Part shown: positions 1-14,200 of the stretch, piece after piece
Layout of the letters: each line of letters opens with the position of its first letter
Numbering within the stretch: position 1 is the stretch's first letter
NCBI GenBank assembly: GCA_905178155.1
Contig: CAJINV010000012.1
Span: 491,271 to 555,270 of the forward strand
Length of the DNA stretch: 64,000 nt
DNA from: Amoebophrya sp. A120
Taxonomy: Eukaryota > Protista > Dinoflagellata
Reading direction: 5' to 3'
Translations under genes and position numbers: made by a program
Notes under the pieces: model-generated
What the model was told of the DNA's origin: nothing
The model's database searches: none
Seen by the model: the letters and a program-made list of their open reading frames with translations, nothing else

Positions 1-92
1 AAGCAGCTTGATCGTCTGGATCGGATGACGATAGTGCTTTTGCATGACAAATTCATGTAACAGCTGAGAATGTAACGTTTGAGAACCCCATA
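1..92. mobile_element. TIR introner, family C, partial
   Basis: Reverse complement TATGGGGTTCTCAAACGTTACATTCTCAGCTGTTACATGAATTTG...GATCAAGCTGCT aligns with the start of 38237-38478, so it lies in the opposite orientation. Confidence 0.85.
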
Positions 93-1032
93 CGCAAGGA
101 AAGATCCGTGTGGGTTCGTGTCCACAAAAAACGACAGATGGAGGGAGAGAGCAATCTTGCTTGTTTTGTTCTCCGGTTGCTGAAGACTCCTACTTGTTGC
201 TGTGCTACTAGAGAAACCAGAGGCGGCGGCACGTGTTTGCTTCAGCCTGTCGGAGGCCAAACTGTCGGCGTTCATGATATCCACTGCAAAAGTATCGTAC
301 TCGCACTACCCTGTTTTTTTTCTAGGCAAACCCACATTACAAATCAAGTTTGTCATGCTAAGTCAATTTGCAAAATAAATGCAATTTAAACTAAGAACGT
401 TACTTTTGCAATGCATACATGACTAGCGTTCGCAATGTCGGATCCGCGATGGCGTTGATTTCCCGTCGGACAAACATATCCTGTGAAAAAGTATCGCATT
501 CGTAGTAATTATCGCGGTCATGCATTACAAATCTCCTTCCCAAGGCAAATCAGCAAGAGAAATTCCATTTGTAGTAATGCTGAGCGAATTTGTATTGCAA
601 TTACTACGTAGTACGATACTTTTGCAGTGCATAAAGCAAAGCAAGGGCAAAGCAGGAACTCTCCAATCCACCAAACCGCATCATGGTATCTACTTTATTC
701 CGGAGAAGAGTTGTATTTGGAGACGCCGAATAGAAGTTGGTCCCGCTTGTTTTTTCCGAATGCGATGACTTGTGCGGGTTTAACAGCCCCGCATCCGTTC
801 CTCTTCTCTCTTCGATCAGCTTTCTGCTTACTTTTTTCAGTCGAGCTAAGTCAGCAAGAACAACTTCAGCCGGCTCTACATTGTCAGCGGGAGTTTGAAA
901 CGCACCACTGCAGCTAGCATCTGCTGCCTTGTCGTCGTTGGCGGACGATGCGGGCGAAAGCCACTGGGAATGCGAAGCCGAACCCGGCGTGTTTTGCTGT
1001 TGCACCGGACTTCGGAAGTAGATGCTGTCCAT
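1..1032 (-). CDS. Hypothetical protein, 5' part; interrupted by three TIR introns and running off the window start
   Basis: ATG at 1032 (MDSIYFRS...). Removing elements 477-633 and 278-417, each with one direct repeat, gives a continuous frame ...CFALALFVRREINAIADPTLRTLVMNADSLASDRLKQ...PHGSFLA up to the element at 1-92. Confidence 0.7.
278..417. mobile_element. TIR introner, family A
   Basis: TATCCACTGCAAAAGTA...TACTTTTGCAATGCATA; direct repeat CATGA/CATGA. Confidence 0.9.
477..633. mobile_element. TIR introner, family A
   Basis: TATCCTGTGAAAAAGTATCG...CGATACTTTTGCAGTGCATA; direct repeat AAACA/AAGCA. Confidence 0.88.
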
Positions 1033-2246
1033 TTTCAATTTTTCGTGATAAAATAAGTGTCACTATTGATACATAGCGCTTTCGTGAAAGTCCACAAAGC
1101 GATTCGATCCTAAAGTGAATTGTTTTTTGTGAGATGTAAATTATTTTGAGCAGGCTGCACCTGACTCCAAGCATGACGAAAAACGAATCGAGGCCCGGAA
1201 AAACTACGTCTCTCTCGGTGTGACCAAGTGATGTGGTTCAATTCGTGCTTTACTCGACGACAAAGGAATGCGTGCGATCCTCAAACTAAGGTACTAACTT
1301 ACTATCATCACGAACTTCATATACTTGCCTCACTCTCGGATTCTGAAAGACTAGGACAAACACGACCCACAAACCGAATAAACGTTTATTTGTGAAGATG
1401 AAACATTGCATGATGAAATTGATGGAACCCTAAGAGCGCGAGCGACATGGAAAGAACAGGCTTTGACAAGATCTTCTTCCTTAGGGCTTGTGCTTTCACC
1501 TCATGGGGTCCTGTTCGGGAGGCAAGTACAACTTGTATTGATCGAGACGTGCTGTCGCATGGTAAAAGTACGGGGCTATCCTTATCTTTCCGCCGGTTCA
1601 TTTTTTCAACAGTAAAAAACATGAAATCATGAGGCGTTCATTTGGGATATTTTTTTTGTTTTTTTGATGCTTTTTCTGTAGGGCGCCATAGTGTGACGCT
1701 AGTGTCGTCGTGGTAAATATGAAATTCGATAATAGTTGGGGTCGTCGTGTAAAACGGTGCCCGTAAGGCAAAACAGCCTTACGAATGATCAATTAAAAGA
1801 TTGAATTCCAGTACTTATAGTAGAAACAAGCGCTCTCTCGCTGGCGACCCCAAGCAGCGAGAGCCTGCGCTTCAGATTTTCGTTAGTGACGGTTGTAACA
1901 GCTGCGATGAATCATTGTATTTGTAGATGTTTCTTCTACACTTCTTGTCGCTGCTATACGGTGCTGATGAAAAATGATATATTTCAGCAACCGCCTTTTG
2001 CTCCCAACCTGAGAGGGGCGCGCATATTTGAACCAAGTATAAAAACCTCCGAGCCCAGAAACCGTTTCTTTTGCTACAAAACCAAATCGCCCTTTAGTTG
2101 ACCGCGCATTCTGTTCCTGCGCACCACTTATTTCTCTTCCTCGTCTTCTAAAAACGACAGCACTGCTATTCCTGAAACAAATCAGATTATTTGCAGTTTT
2201 GTCGAAAAATTCCACTTTCCATTCATCTCCACCTCCTCACGAATGA

Positions 2247-5200
2247 TCAGTCCGAATCCGAGTCCGTTTCGTTTTCCAGAGCGTCTTTCAATTGCGACCA
2301 TTTTTCCGCTGCGTCCATGTCCTGCGCAAGGATCGCCTCTTCAAACTTCCTCTCGTATTTCTTGATTTGCTTTTCTTTCCACCCTGAGCGGCCGGCGCCG
2401 GTATTCGTCGTGTTCGCGGCGGGTGCTGCCCTCGAAGTAGAAGAAGCTCCCTGTTGCTGCACCGGGACTCCAACCACGGTCGGGGCAGCAGTTGTCAGAA
2501 GATTGGTAGAAGATGAACCAGAAGCAGAAGTAGGTTGCTGATAGTACTGCTGCTGCTGCGATAAAATCGGTTGCTGTTGCATCGGTTGCTGCATCACATG
2601 TTGCTGGCGCTGTTGCTGTTGTGACATCATCAAAGTCTGTTGCTGTTGCGGGATCATCTGTTGCGAAGATTGCTGCACTTGCTGCTGTCCGCTACTTCCA
2701 CTATTCGGTAAAAACATCACGGTATTTGGCGGAATCCTCGTTCCCGCCTGGCCCATGCTGTTGTTCATCGCACCCGCTACAACAGCCTGCGGGGCCAAGG
2801 GTTGCGGCTGTGCTTTTCCCTGGCCGTACAGGTTCTGTGCCTGCTGCTGGGCCTGCATCGCGACGGCAGAGGCATTTGCCATCTGCTGGTTGTAGGCGTT
2901 TGCCATCTGCTGCTTGTAGTTGCGCATGATCAAAGGGTCGACCTCCTGTGCACTCTGGTGCCCGGACACAGATTGCGGAGTTGGAGCTACTGCACGGTTC
3001 TGTTGCTGCTGTTGCATCTGTTGCTGTTGATGGTAAAGTTGTTGCTGACTCGTTACTTGCTGTGGTCCTGCTGTGTGGTTGTACATCTTATTCGCAGATG
3101 AAACAGCACTAGCAGCTCCCGCCATGTTGAGGTTCTGAACGCCACGCGCAGCACCGTACTGTTGCTGGTGCGGCTGCTGCGCACTACTGGTCGTGTAACT
3201 TCCCGGTTGATTCATCGCATACTGCTGTGTAGTTGTACTAGAAGCTGCTGGATACCCACCCGGGGTCACCACTGAATACGGAACAACTCTGGAAGTAGTA
3301 GAACCACTTGCGGCTGGATGTTGTGCAAACACGGAAGATGAAGCAGAACTACTCTGCGGGGGCAACGCCTGACCACCCTTGTGGTATAATATCGGTTGCT
3401 GTTGGTGGTGTTGCGAAGTCGTCGTGGTACTACTGTTGCGGGGGTTGTAGGAAGATATCGAACTAGTGCCGCTTTGCGGTTGTTGGTAGTACGATCCTTG
3501 AACAGCTACAGAGCCAACTTTATTTCCACCATCAGTACTCCCCTTGCTGTAATTCCCGTACATGTTATCCGGAAACATGGGCGCTGGCGCCCCACTCGGC
3601 CGGGCATCCACCGGATAATGTTGTCCCTTCGTTGTTGAAGATAAACCGGATTTGAAAATTCCCGCAGCAGTATTGTTCCCACTACCCATGGCGGTGGAAG
3701 TGGATGCAGCGGTTCTACTCGAGGTCAGATGCAACAACCCATCGATGGCGGATGTTGTGGGCGGCGGGGGTTTATTTTTCACGACCGCATTGGAACTCGT
3801 CTCAGTGTGTTGATGTTCTTTCTTGGAAGTAGATGTTAAGTGCGGCGCCGACTGCTGGTTCAACGGCTGATCCACAATCTTCCTCGAAGATCTCCTTTTG
3901 CTCGGATCAAACACCATTTGCACCTCCTCCAACTGCACTCCGATTGGACTACTCGGTTCTACTAACGCAGAAACACCAGAGCTGCCAAGTGCAGCCTCTC
4001 TTGTTCCGCTGGAGGTAATATTTGTCGTGGGCCCGGTGGGAGAGTACATCAAATTCTGATCGAGGGAATTCGGACTGGCGGAGGTCCCAGATTTTTTACC
4101 AGAATTCGCTACTTCCTTTTCCTTTTTTCCGCTCCTTGCGTACTGGTGAATGTGCTCCACAAGTTCTCGCTCCTTTTTGTTGCCGTATTCATGGATGTGC
4201 TCCTCAAGTAAAATCTCCTCTTCCGCCTCCTCCTGCGCGGAATGGAAGGACTTCGCCGGGGAAGCCGCGTCAATCATGTTCATGTTCGGAGTCGTGGTCT
4301 CTACTCTCTTATTCCCGATGTCATCTTGTTTCATCACGATCTTGGTACGAGTATCAGCGGCACCTCCAGCACCTTGTTCTTTCTCCTGCTCTGCTTCATC
4401 ATCACTGTACACTGAAGATTCATCTGAGCTGCTGCTGTCATTTTCGCCGAACAGCTGCTTCTTCGTCGACTTCCCATATTTGTCATGCGTATTAATGGCA
4501 CGACGATTAATCTCCACTTCATCCTCGTAACCCTCCTCGTTTTCACTCGCGTCCTCCCGCGCGCCGGAACGCTTGGAGTTGCTGCTCGTTCCGAAGAAGT
4601 AGTCGTAACTGGGCATGCCGTTGTCCTGATAATTCTCGTCTTGGTCGTCTTGTTTTGTATTGTCCTTATCATCAGCGGAGGAGGAAGAGGAAGAGCTACT
4701 ACTGCAGCTTCCGCTGTTCGATTTCTCATCTTCGCTCATGAAATCGGCTAATTTCACATACCATTTGTCCGACATATGAGCGTAAGGACTCGCGGACCCC
4801 TGCTCTTCCCGCATAAACTGAAATCGCCCGTCTTTTTTCACGATATCGAAAATCATGTTATCAGTAAACGGGACCTTCAATTTCGGAAATAATTCCCGTA
4901 TCCCCGGAATCTCCCCGAACTGCTGGTTATCAATCACCTGATCCTGATACGGACCGGTCGGGAGCTTGATTAACGTTTGGAACAACAAATCGCCGATTTT
5001 GTTCCTTTTTGGAAGTGTCTTCGCGGTCTTGTCGTAATCGATGTCGTTGTCGCTATCGTCGTCGGCCCAGATAGGAGAAGTTTGGTCTTTCTTTTCCTTC
5101 CTGATCTGCTCGGAGAGATGGGAGCTGCTACTGTGGTTTGGTACAACTTCCTCCCCGGCGTAGTTGCTGGGTGTCGTCGCCCCGCTCCTCGCTCCAAGTA

Positions 5201-8200
5201 AAGCCCTTGCCCTGTCGTGTTGCTTCAAGTTAAAACTCGTTGTGTTCATACTAGTTTTCATCTCCGGAGAAGATGCAGCTCCAGCTCCTACACCTCCCGC
5301 CCCAACAGACGACTTGCTATTATGGTGCGACGAAGTAGCCAAAGCGTTCGGGTTGTAGTAGCTGCTGTAGTTCGTTTGCTTACTCGTGTTATAAGAGGAC
5401 GCATTGTGACTGGAGAAGTTCCCCCCGTAGTCCCTACTTAACCCCACCTTCCAGTTCCCGTCGTTCCCGACCCATTTGACATCCAACCGCGGATCTTGCT
5501 CGATCACCCGCCGCATGGACACGCTTTCCTTTTTCACCTTGTAGGAATTATCCTTCGCCCAGTTCAACCCCGGAATGTTGGATTCGTTTAAGAATCCGGA
5601 GAAAATGATCGGAACTTCGTGGTTTTCATACAACATCTTCTCTTCCAGGTGTTTCAAGACTAGATTGCAAATCGGGTCCCCGTTCTGTTCCTGATCCAGT
5701 TGGTAGGGCCGCCAATCGCCCGGGCGGCTGTACTTGAGTTGCTGGTAGTACTGCTGTTGGGAGTAAATAACCGAGGAGATTGTCGTCGTGGAGGTTGCAG
5801 CGCTTGATGTTCCGTAGTGCAGATTTTGATTTGATGATGTTCCCGTTCCGGCATAAACAGTACTACTTCCCGTGGGGGCCGCTGAGGTCGCCGGGTTGGT
5901 CCAAGTAGAAGCTATCAAAGAAAAAAAGTTCGTCACGATCGCTCATGCGCATTCTTGCAATACAAAATTGTTTGTCATGCGTAAAAATGCATCACAGCCA
6001 AACTTCATTAGGGATTTCCCTAGTGTTTCTGCAATACAAGGAAAGTTTGTGATGCTGAGAAAATTTGTAATGCAGAGCCTGCAAGTTAGTGACTGTGACA
6101 AACTTTTTTCTCTCCATAGAAGCTGCTGCGGCTGTATTCTTCGATCCCGCAGCATTGGAAATGAATTATCCTGTGCAAAAGTATCGTACTCGTAGTACTC
6201 GCAATCATGCATTACAAATCTTCTTCCCAAGGTAAAACAGCATGACAAATTCCATTTGTCATGCTGAGCTAATTTGTATTGCAATTACTACTAGTACGAT
6301 GCTTTTGCAGTTCATATGAATGGCGTTGGAACAAAACCAGAAACAAGCGCACCAACAGCACTCGTCGCACCAACCGCCCCCGGAGCGCTGACACTACCGG
6401 AATTATCATTCCCCCGTGGTCCTAAGAACCGCTCCTTGTGTTGCGGATGGATCTTCACGGAGTACGCCAGTCCCCCGTTATTCGGGCGCTGGATCCACTT
6501 GAAAATAAACCGTCGCCTCGGGCCCCACCGGATTTCCACCTCTTGTAAAATTTTCGACAACGGCTTCCCGGCCCACCCCCGCGGATCGTGTCGTAATTCC
6601 GACAAATATCCACAGTAAATTTCCCGTACACGTACACATGCGGTCTCCGCATGACAAAACTTGGCTTCGATCCTAGTTTAGCATGACAAGTTTGACGCTT
6701 GTTCAAATTGGTGAAATTTGAGATGCATCTTGTACATGTACGGGAAATTTGTCTTGCATAACAAAATCGGGTCCGGACCGAGAATGGTTTCCCGGATCGC
6801 GCCGTCCTGTTCCACATCCGTGGCTGGGGACAATAACCCCCCACCCGGCGTGTGCGTTACCATATCCTGTCGCCTCTGTAACGCGTGGAAGAAACACAGG
6901 TACTCTAACCTTGACACCAACCTGTCTTCCGGAGGCCCATTCGGTGCCCTCGCCTTCCGGTCGAGATGTTCCAAATGTTGCTGGATCAGCGAGTAGGAGG
7001 TGGGAGTGCGGTTGGTGGAGGACGATGGTGTGATCATACCAGCAGCAGCAGCAGCTGCTGCTCCAGACGGGGTCGTTGTGAGGTTGAGATTATTCCGGGC
7101 CCCCTGATGCGCCGGAGTGGTAGATGCAGAAGAAGAAGGACCGCCTCCCAGAGAGGACGTCGGCAGAGTTGTTGTCAGTGCCACTGGAGGTGGCACCGTC
7201 GTCGTGTTGATCGCGCTGCTAGAAACAGCAGCAGCTTGTTCTGTGTGATGATAATTCTTCAGCTTCACATAGGTTTGGTTCGCCGAGTTGACATTAAGTT
7301 CGTACCGGTTCGGGAAATGCAACAGAAACGACGAAATGCCCCCGGATAATTTGCCGTACTCCCTCCTGATGTTTTTAAACTCCTCATCCCCACCAATCGT
7401 GGACAAGGACAGCTCCCGTCTCCCATTACTCCGCTCCACCACCCCTGGCGCATTCGTCGCGATCAACCGCAAAACCAATTGGTCCAAGCGAATCTGGGCC
7501 TCGAACGGGAGCATGGTGGATCCGGAGACATAGTTCCTCGATGGGCGGAACGGAGGGATGCTGCCGATGGAGGAGAAGTTGGCTGCTGGTGCTGGAGGTG
7601 CTGCGGCAGTAGCTATGGTGCTGTTGTTAACCCTTGCGGTCAGGTTGTTGATGGCTGTGGAGTTTGCGTCTGCTGCACCTGTTGTTCTGGAGGCCGCGAC
7701 AGAGGCCCAACTGTTGATAATGGGGGTTGGGGAAGAGGGTTGCTGCCGCACGATCCTCTGTTGCTGTTGCACAGAGGGGATGTGTTGTCCCGCAGCAGGA
7801 ACAGCAGTCGTTTCGCCAACGTTTCTACCGTGTTTTACAACAGCCGGAGAAGCAGACAACTCATTTTCCGTGGACGTATTCACCCCCGCGACTCCGCGCA
7901 ACGACGCCGGCGTGGTTCCATCGCTAGGTAAACCCACGGTTGGCGGCACGATCCCCGGGGGAGGATGTGCTGTACCTCCTTCTCTATGCGCCGAGGAGGT
8001 TGTTGTGTCGTGGTCATCTTTTTTCGAGACTGGTTCCGCAGTCACATTTTCTTCACTAGAAGAAGTCGCCACCGGCCCGCCGAGGTTATCCAGCAGCCCT
8101 GCGAGAAGAGTTCCGCCGAGGTCAAGGGTTGTCTCAGGTTCGTCTGAGGAGGTGTTGGAGGGTTTTTCTGTAGGATCCACAGCTTGTTGTAGTTGCGCTT

Positions 8201-11200
8201 CTTCTTTCACCGGGGTAGGGGTGGCCAACCCGGGAGGTCGGGGCGGAGATGTTGCTGCTGCAACAACCGGAACAGCTGCTTTAGAAACTTCCTCTACCAC
8301 AGCAGTAGCAACCACTGGCGTTTCCAGCAACACAGGAGTTGGCTTCGCAGAAACTCCGACAGCCGCCGGAGTGGCCTTCAAACCCATCCCGCCATCCGTC
8401 ATCTTCAGTTGCTGCAAGAACGCAGCGGCCGCGCCGGAACGGCCAAACACTTTTTTCGTCTTCTGCACGGAAAGCTCAGCGGGATTTAGATTTGCGGCCG
8501 GTTGCGGTTTCTGCACGACCGGGGCAGCAGTTGGGGTTGCAGGAACTTGCGCAGGCACTACTGCAGCTGCCGGCGGCGGCGGTGGCATGTGCCGAGGTGT
8601 TGGGGGTAATTCTACCTTCATGTTGGCAGAGTTCTTCGGGACAAAGACCCCGTGAGTCTGATCGGCCGTCTTTCTTGGCGGGGAAAACCTCGGAGGGGGC
8701 GTCGTCGCGGTTCTTGTGCCCAATGGGCGCTTGATGCCTTGCTCCTCATCCGCCGCGGTCAGAACCATCATCACTGTCGCCATGTCTTCAGCCGTCTCAG
8801 GCGGGTCGAGACAGATCAAATTTTGCAATTCCATCTGTTGTTCTCGTTCCTTCTTCTTCTGCAGTTCCAGCTGCTCCTTCTCCCGCTTCTTGTCCCGCTT
8901 GGATTTATAGTTTGTTGTCATGAACTTCGCCGCACCATCAGCAGCATCTGCCTCATTCGTCGGCGTCGTCGTGGAAATCCAGGGGACGGAACGGGAAGAC
9001 TTCGCGGAGTCATCAGGGGCCTTGAGGTTCTCCCCAGAGATCGTTGGGATCTCGCCGAAAAGTTGTTGAGAACTGTCGTCCTGGTTGCTATTTTCCTGCA
9101 CGGCCTGCTCAGGCGTAATTTGGAAGTCCCGTTTGTTCATGCACTCCGCCCCATTGTCCTTCATGAACAGCGCGACCTTCGTGCTTAAATCTTGCTGGGG
9201 GTAATAATCGCCAGTCGAAGTTTCTCGCGTCATCATGGACTTCAAACTGAATCTCGGCACGTTCTTCTGCTTCTGCTTATTCACCCCCGCCGGCACGAAG
9301 ATCGGGTACTTGTTACTCGCCTCGTTTTCGTGCGGTTGCGTGTTCAGCGGGGATTTCTGGAGCGTTCCTCCCATGTCCAGCATCTTCTGGGCGTCGTAGA
9401 TCGCGTACTTGGACTTGGATTTCGGCTTTTTCGGGGTCTTCTTGCTGTCTTGGGACTCGGAGGATTTTTTACGCACGGATTTGTTTCGGAGGGGGGCTTT
9501 GTGGCTGTGGGACGTGACAACTTGGTTGCTGGCTGCGTACGCAGTAGTTGCCACGACTGGCACGACCGGGGCTGGTTTTTGGACCTGCTGCGGCACGGAA
9601 GCCTCTTTCGCCGTCTGCTGCGCCGCCGTGGTCTCCGCGACCTTCTGCTGCCCCACTTTCTTCCCCTCTTTCGCAGCTTTCACTGCTTCTGCAGCTACCG
9701 GCTTTACTGCTAACGGAGCTGGCGGCGGCAGAGTCGTAGGCAATGGTGGGGTCGTCGCAACTTTTACAGGAGCTTGTGGCTTCGACGGGGTCAGATTCTT
9801 AGCGTTCACCAATTTGTTCAAGTCAATCACTTCGTCCATCACTGGCGTCGGCTGCAATTTTTCCCGCACAATCGACAAATTCGACTTTTTCTCTCCACCC
9901 CGCTGGAAGGCAAGCGGTAGATTCGCATTTATTTTCCTGGCAATCGGGATATTTTCCTCCCTGATCTTCGAGTCGTCGAGCTTCTTCTCGAAAATGGAGT
10001 ATTTGTCGGAGAATTTCGGGCGATGTTGTTGGGGGGGTAGCCCTTGTTCAGCAACAGCAGCAGCAGGCTTGTTCTCTTTTGAAGAACTCGCGGAAACAGA
10101 CTTAGAAGCTTCTGCACCAGATGCAGCAGAAGCAGAACTACTAGCACTCCCTTTCACTGGAGTACTAATCGCCTTGTCCAAGGGCGGAGTCTTCATCTCG
10201 GCCGTGGCCCAATTGCTGCTCAGAGGCTGCTTTCCGCTAGAGCCAAGACCCGATTTGTTGACCGCGGGACTCTTGTTCATCTGATCGTTGCTCCAGTTCC
10301 CCTTCTTATTCCCCTGTTTATTATTCTTCTGCGGCGGCAGCTCCCACAACTTCGTACCACTTTCGTCAATTTCAATTTCGTACGCCCCATATTTTTTCTC
10401 GTTGTCCCCACGCGAGCCGGCATCCAGGTACCTTTTCACGATAAAAGACACGTAATCTCCGATTTGTACCCGATACTCGTCTGCCGGATCGGAAAAGAGC
10501 TTGAACCGGCCAAACAGCATGTACTCCAGCTTGTAAGTGTTCTCAATCTTCACGGCGTATCGCTCGCCCGTACTAGAATCCACACAGAAGGCAACGACCT
10601 GAGGTTGATGTTGAAGAGCAGATTTTTGTCAGACAGAAAGAGCGTACGTTATTTGCATGACAAAAGATATCATCTCCAATCCGCTAATACGCATGACATC
10701 AAATACATCAACTTGTACCTTCCCAACAATTCGCTGATTAGCTTCCACAGTCAGTTCCGACCTGCTGACCTTCTTCCCATTTCGAATCACGTCGACCACC
10801 TTCGGCGCCGCCGGTTTCCGCTGTTTCACAGGCACCGCAGTGATATGCATTGCAAATATGTCTGGGTCTGGAAACTTGTGATGCTAGTTTGTGCTGCATG
10901 GTGGGCGCACTGCGTTACGCAGCCACGCATGACCAGTTTCTGAGCTCCTATGCGTTTCGCTTTCTGCATGACAAACTGCGTTTTTGCATGACAGGTAAGA
11001 GGCTGCCTGTGCTTTCCTGCCTATGCATGACAGATTCGAGAGTCATGCGAATGACAAACTTGCATTCTTCCAGACCCAGACAGATTTGCATTTGATAAGT
11101 GAACCCGTCTGCGGAATCTAGCGGCTCGAGAACATCCGGGGTTAGAGAAGTAGTTGCAACTACGGGGTCGCTCTTCACCTCAACAACATTCGCAAACTCC

Positions 11201-14200
11201 TCTTCCGGCCACTCTTCCCAGAGAGAGGTGTCGTTTTCGTTTTGATTCTCGTTTTCACTTTCCTCGTCGACTCGGTAAACATCATTTTCCCACTCATCAT
11301 CCACCGGGGAGGTGGGAGAAGTGCCGGATTTTCGAGAATTCGACGTGTTTTTAGAGGAGGAGGAGGAATCCTGCAACGCGGAAAACCCACTTTTGCTCGC
11401 CACTTTGGCCATGTGCTGCCCCTCTGCATGAAACATCATTTGCCTGTTGTTGTTTCTTTCATCGTCGGAGGACTCCAACGCGGCTAGAACCTCCGCACGC
11501 TCTTGCAACTTCTTTAATTTTTTCTTCATCTTCCCATTTAATTTTTTCGCCGGCTGGTTGATTGATGTGTCTTCGGTAGTACCTTGATTTTTGTCTTTAC
11601 TCGGAGATGAGGGAGACAATTCGATCTTATTGTCCTTGTCCGCCGAACCGGGCGAAGAGGTTCCCTTTGACACTGGCGTGAAAATCCCGGCATTGGCCAA
11701 CTTTTTCTTTTTCGGGGTCATAGCGTTGTCTTTCTCGTCGTCAGAATCGAGATCGTCATCGTCGTCCGAGTCGGAACAATCGTGGTCATCAACTACACCA
11801 CCTCCTTCACCCCCCTCCCCAGCCGCAGCCTTCGATTCTTGCTTCGCTATTTTCCTTGCTTCCTTCCGCTTCTTATTCTTCAACCTTTTCCGCAAATACT
11901 TCTCCACCTCCATCATTTCCTCCCGTTCCAACTCATCTTGCGCCGCGTCCGCTTCAATCTTTTGCTGGTTCGTGATCGACGCGGGGTCCGTCCAAGTCGA
12001 TTTCTGGTTCTTCTTATTCGTCCCTTTCACCGGCCGCCGGACGTGCAGTGGTTGTTCTTTTACGAACGGGTTTTCATTGCGGAACCAGAACGTGTCCCCC
12101 ATCGCCTTCAAAGTGTCTTGCTCAGAAACATCGTAATCCCGCATGTACTTCCGCACCGCCCAGTAGTCCTGCACTTCCCGGACGTGGAGGTTCTTAATAT
12201 CGTTGTGACTCAACATCTTCGTCAACTCGTGTTCTTTTTCCTTCGGGTCGAAGTAATGCGGGTCGATGCACTCGGGCTTTTCTCGGATCGTTTTCTCGTA
12301 GAAGTCCTTCATCAATTGCTTGTCCCACTTGCACTGGGAACGTTGTTTCAACGTGAGTTTCCCGAGCCACTTCAACCGGTATTCCCCCTGTTCTTGTTTC
12401 CTGATGGTCTCCATCTGTTTGAGGAGTTTGTCCGCTTTTTCCGGGTTTTTGAAATCACTAGAAATCATCCCGTCGTACTCCTTTCCGAGTAACCCCGCCA
12501 TCTTAAACTTGTACAAAATGTCCTTAAAAATCTGGTCTTTTTCCTCTTGGTTTTTTCCGTCCAAGTGCTTTTCCCCGAATTCCCGCCACTGCTTGCGCTC
12601 GTTTTCCGTGAATTTGTGCGGGTACATTTGGACTTTCAAATAGGTTACGTAATCAATCATGTCTTCCAGCACATAAGCATCGTCGTAATCCGCGAGACAG
12701 AGGTCGAGTTCCTTCTTTGTCTTTTTCTTCGAGACAACTGCGTTCTTCGGGTTGGCGGACGGATTTTTGGTTGGCGGGGTTTTAGCTACTATCGCTGTTT
12801 CCGACGTGCTGGCGGGGGTTGTAGTGGACGACAACGTCGAAGAAGATGAGGTGGTGGTTACGGCAGCGGTAGTTGCAGGCTTCTTGTTTTGTTCCTGTTT
12901 GGTTGTCGTGGTCGTGGTCGTCGTACTGGGTGCAGCGGACGCCTTGCCTTGCTGCTTTCCGGTCGTTCCTGCGGTTTTCGCAGTTGCGGTCGCAGTACTG
13001 GGCGCGGTCGTTGTTGTAGTAGCAGAGGGAGCTTTACTATTGGTAGCTGTAATTGTACTACCAGATTGCTTCGCGGGAACAACCGGTAGTTGTTGCGCCG
13101 CCTGCGGCTGCTTCTTCTTTCCGGCACCTCCAACCGCATTCGCAGATTGCTGTGCAGGCGGGGCTTGTTGTGCAGCAGGTTGTGTACCAGAACTAGCACT
13201 TCCAGTAGGTTTAGTACTGTTATTCAACACAACGGGTGGACCCGGCGCGCCCGGCAGTCCCTTCACCGCTTCAAATGGGTCCTTCACCTTGATCCGTTCG
13301 TCGATATCGGGGATGTTCTGCCGGATGATCTTCGCCATCTCCAGGTCTAACTTTTTCCCCGGACTCGTTTCGATTTCCGCGGCCGCGGCTAACACAGCCG
13401 TGGCGTAAGCGTTCTTCTCCGCTTGCTCTTTCAGCTCCTGTTCCTTCTTCTCCGCAGCAGCCGTGGCTTTGGCCGCGGCCTTCTTCTGCTTCTTGCTCAT
13501 GGGTTTCGGTTTGGAACTGCTGGTTTGGCGAAGGCGGGGGAGGTCCTCGATTTCCGCAACGGCTTTCGTCTTTTCCGGCGCCGGAGTAGGTGGCGCGGCA
13601 GTGCTCGCAGAGGGAGATGCTTGTGGTCCGCCTTGTTTTACCGCTTTGGTTGTTGTACTAGACGAATCCTTCTCTAGGGCCTGTTCCTTCTCCTCTGACA
13701 GTTTCCGGTCCACCCACTTGATGCCGGTTTGTGCTTCGTTTTTTGTATCACTACCACCTCTATTCGCTGTTCCCGGCGGAGGTGCCTTGGATCGCGGGGA
13801 GGGCGCAGACGAAGTCTTTTTGTTTCCGCCAGTAGTAGTAGACACCGTCGTGCCAGAACTGGTTTTATTGTTTCCAGCAGTGCCCCCAGTTGTACCAGAG
13901 CAGGGGACGAACGCCTCCTGAATCACCACTTGGGAAATGGTCGTGCTCCCGTCCTTGTTCTTCGTCTCCCGGTCGACGCAAACGGTTCGCAACCCCGTTT
14001 TCGGGTCGTCAATGTAGGAAACGTAGGAAGTAGAAGATTCTCCTTTTTTATTTTCCTTCTTCTTCAAGTTCGCCGTCGTCTTCGGCCCGCCAATGGTCGC
14101 AGAAGTCGTCTTCGACTGCTCACACACTGTGGTTTTGGAGAGTTCGTCCGAGACAGTAACGTTCTTCCCGAATTGGTCAAGATCGAACTTGTCGAGAGCG

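Noticed and set aside
1833-1864. Hairpin CTCTCGCTG...CAGCGAGAG downstream of the giant gene
   Set aside because: It is a short isolated stem in a eukaryotic context, with no support as a terminator or RNA gene.
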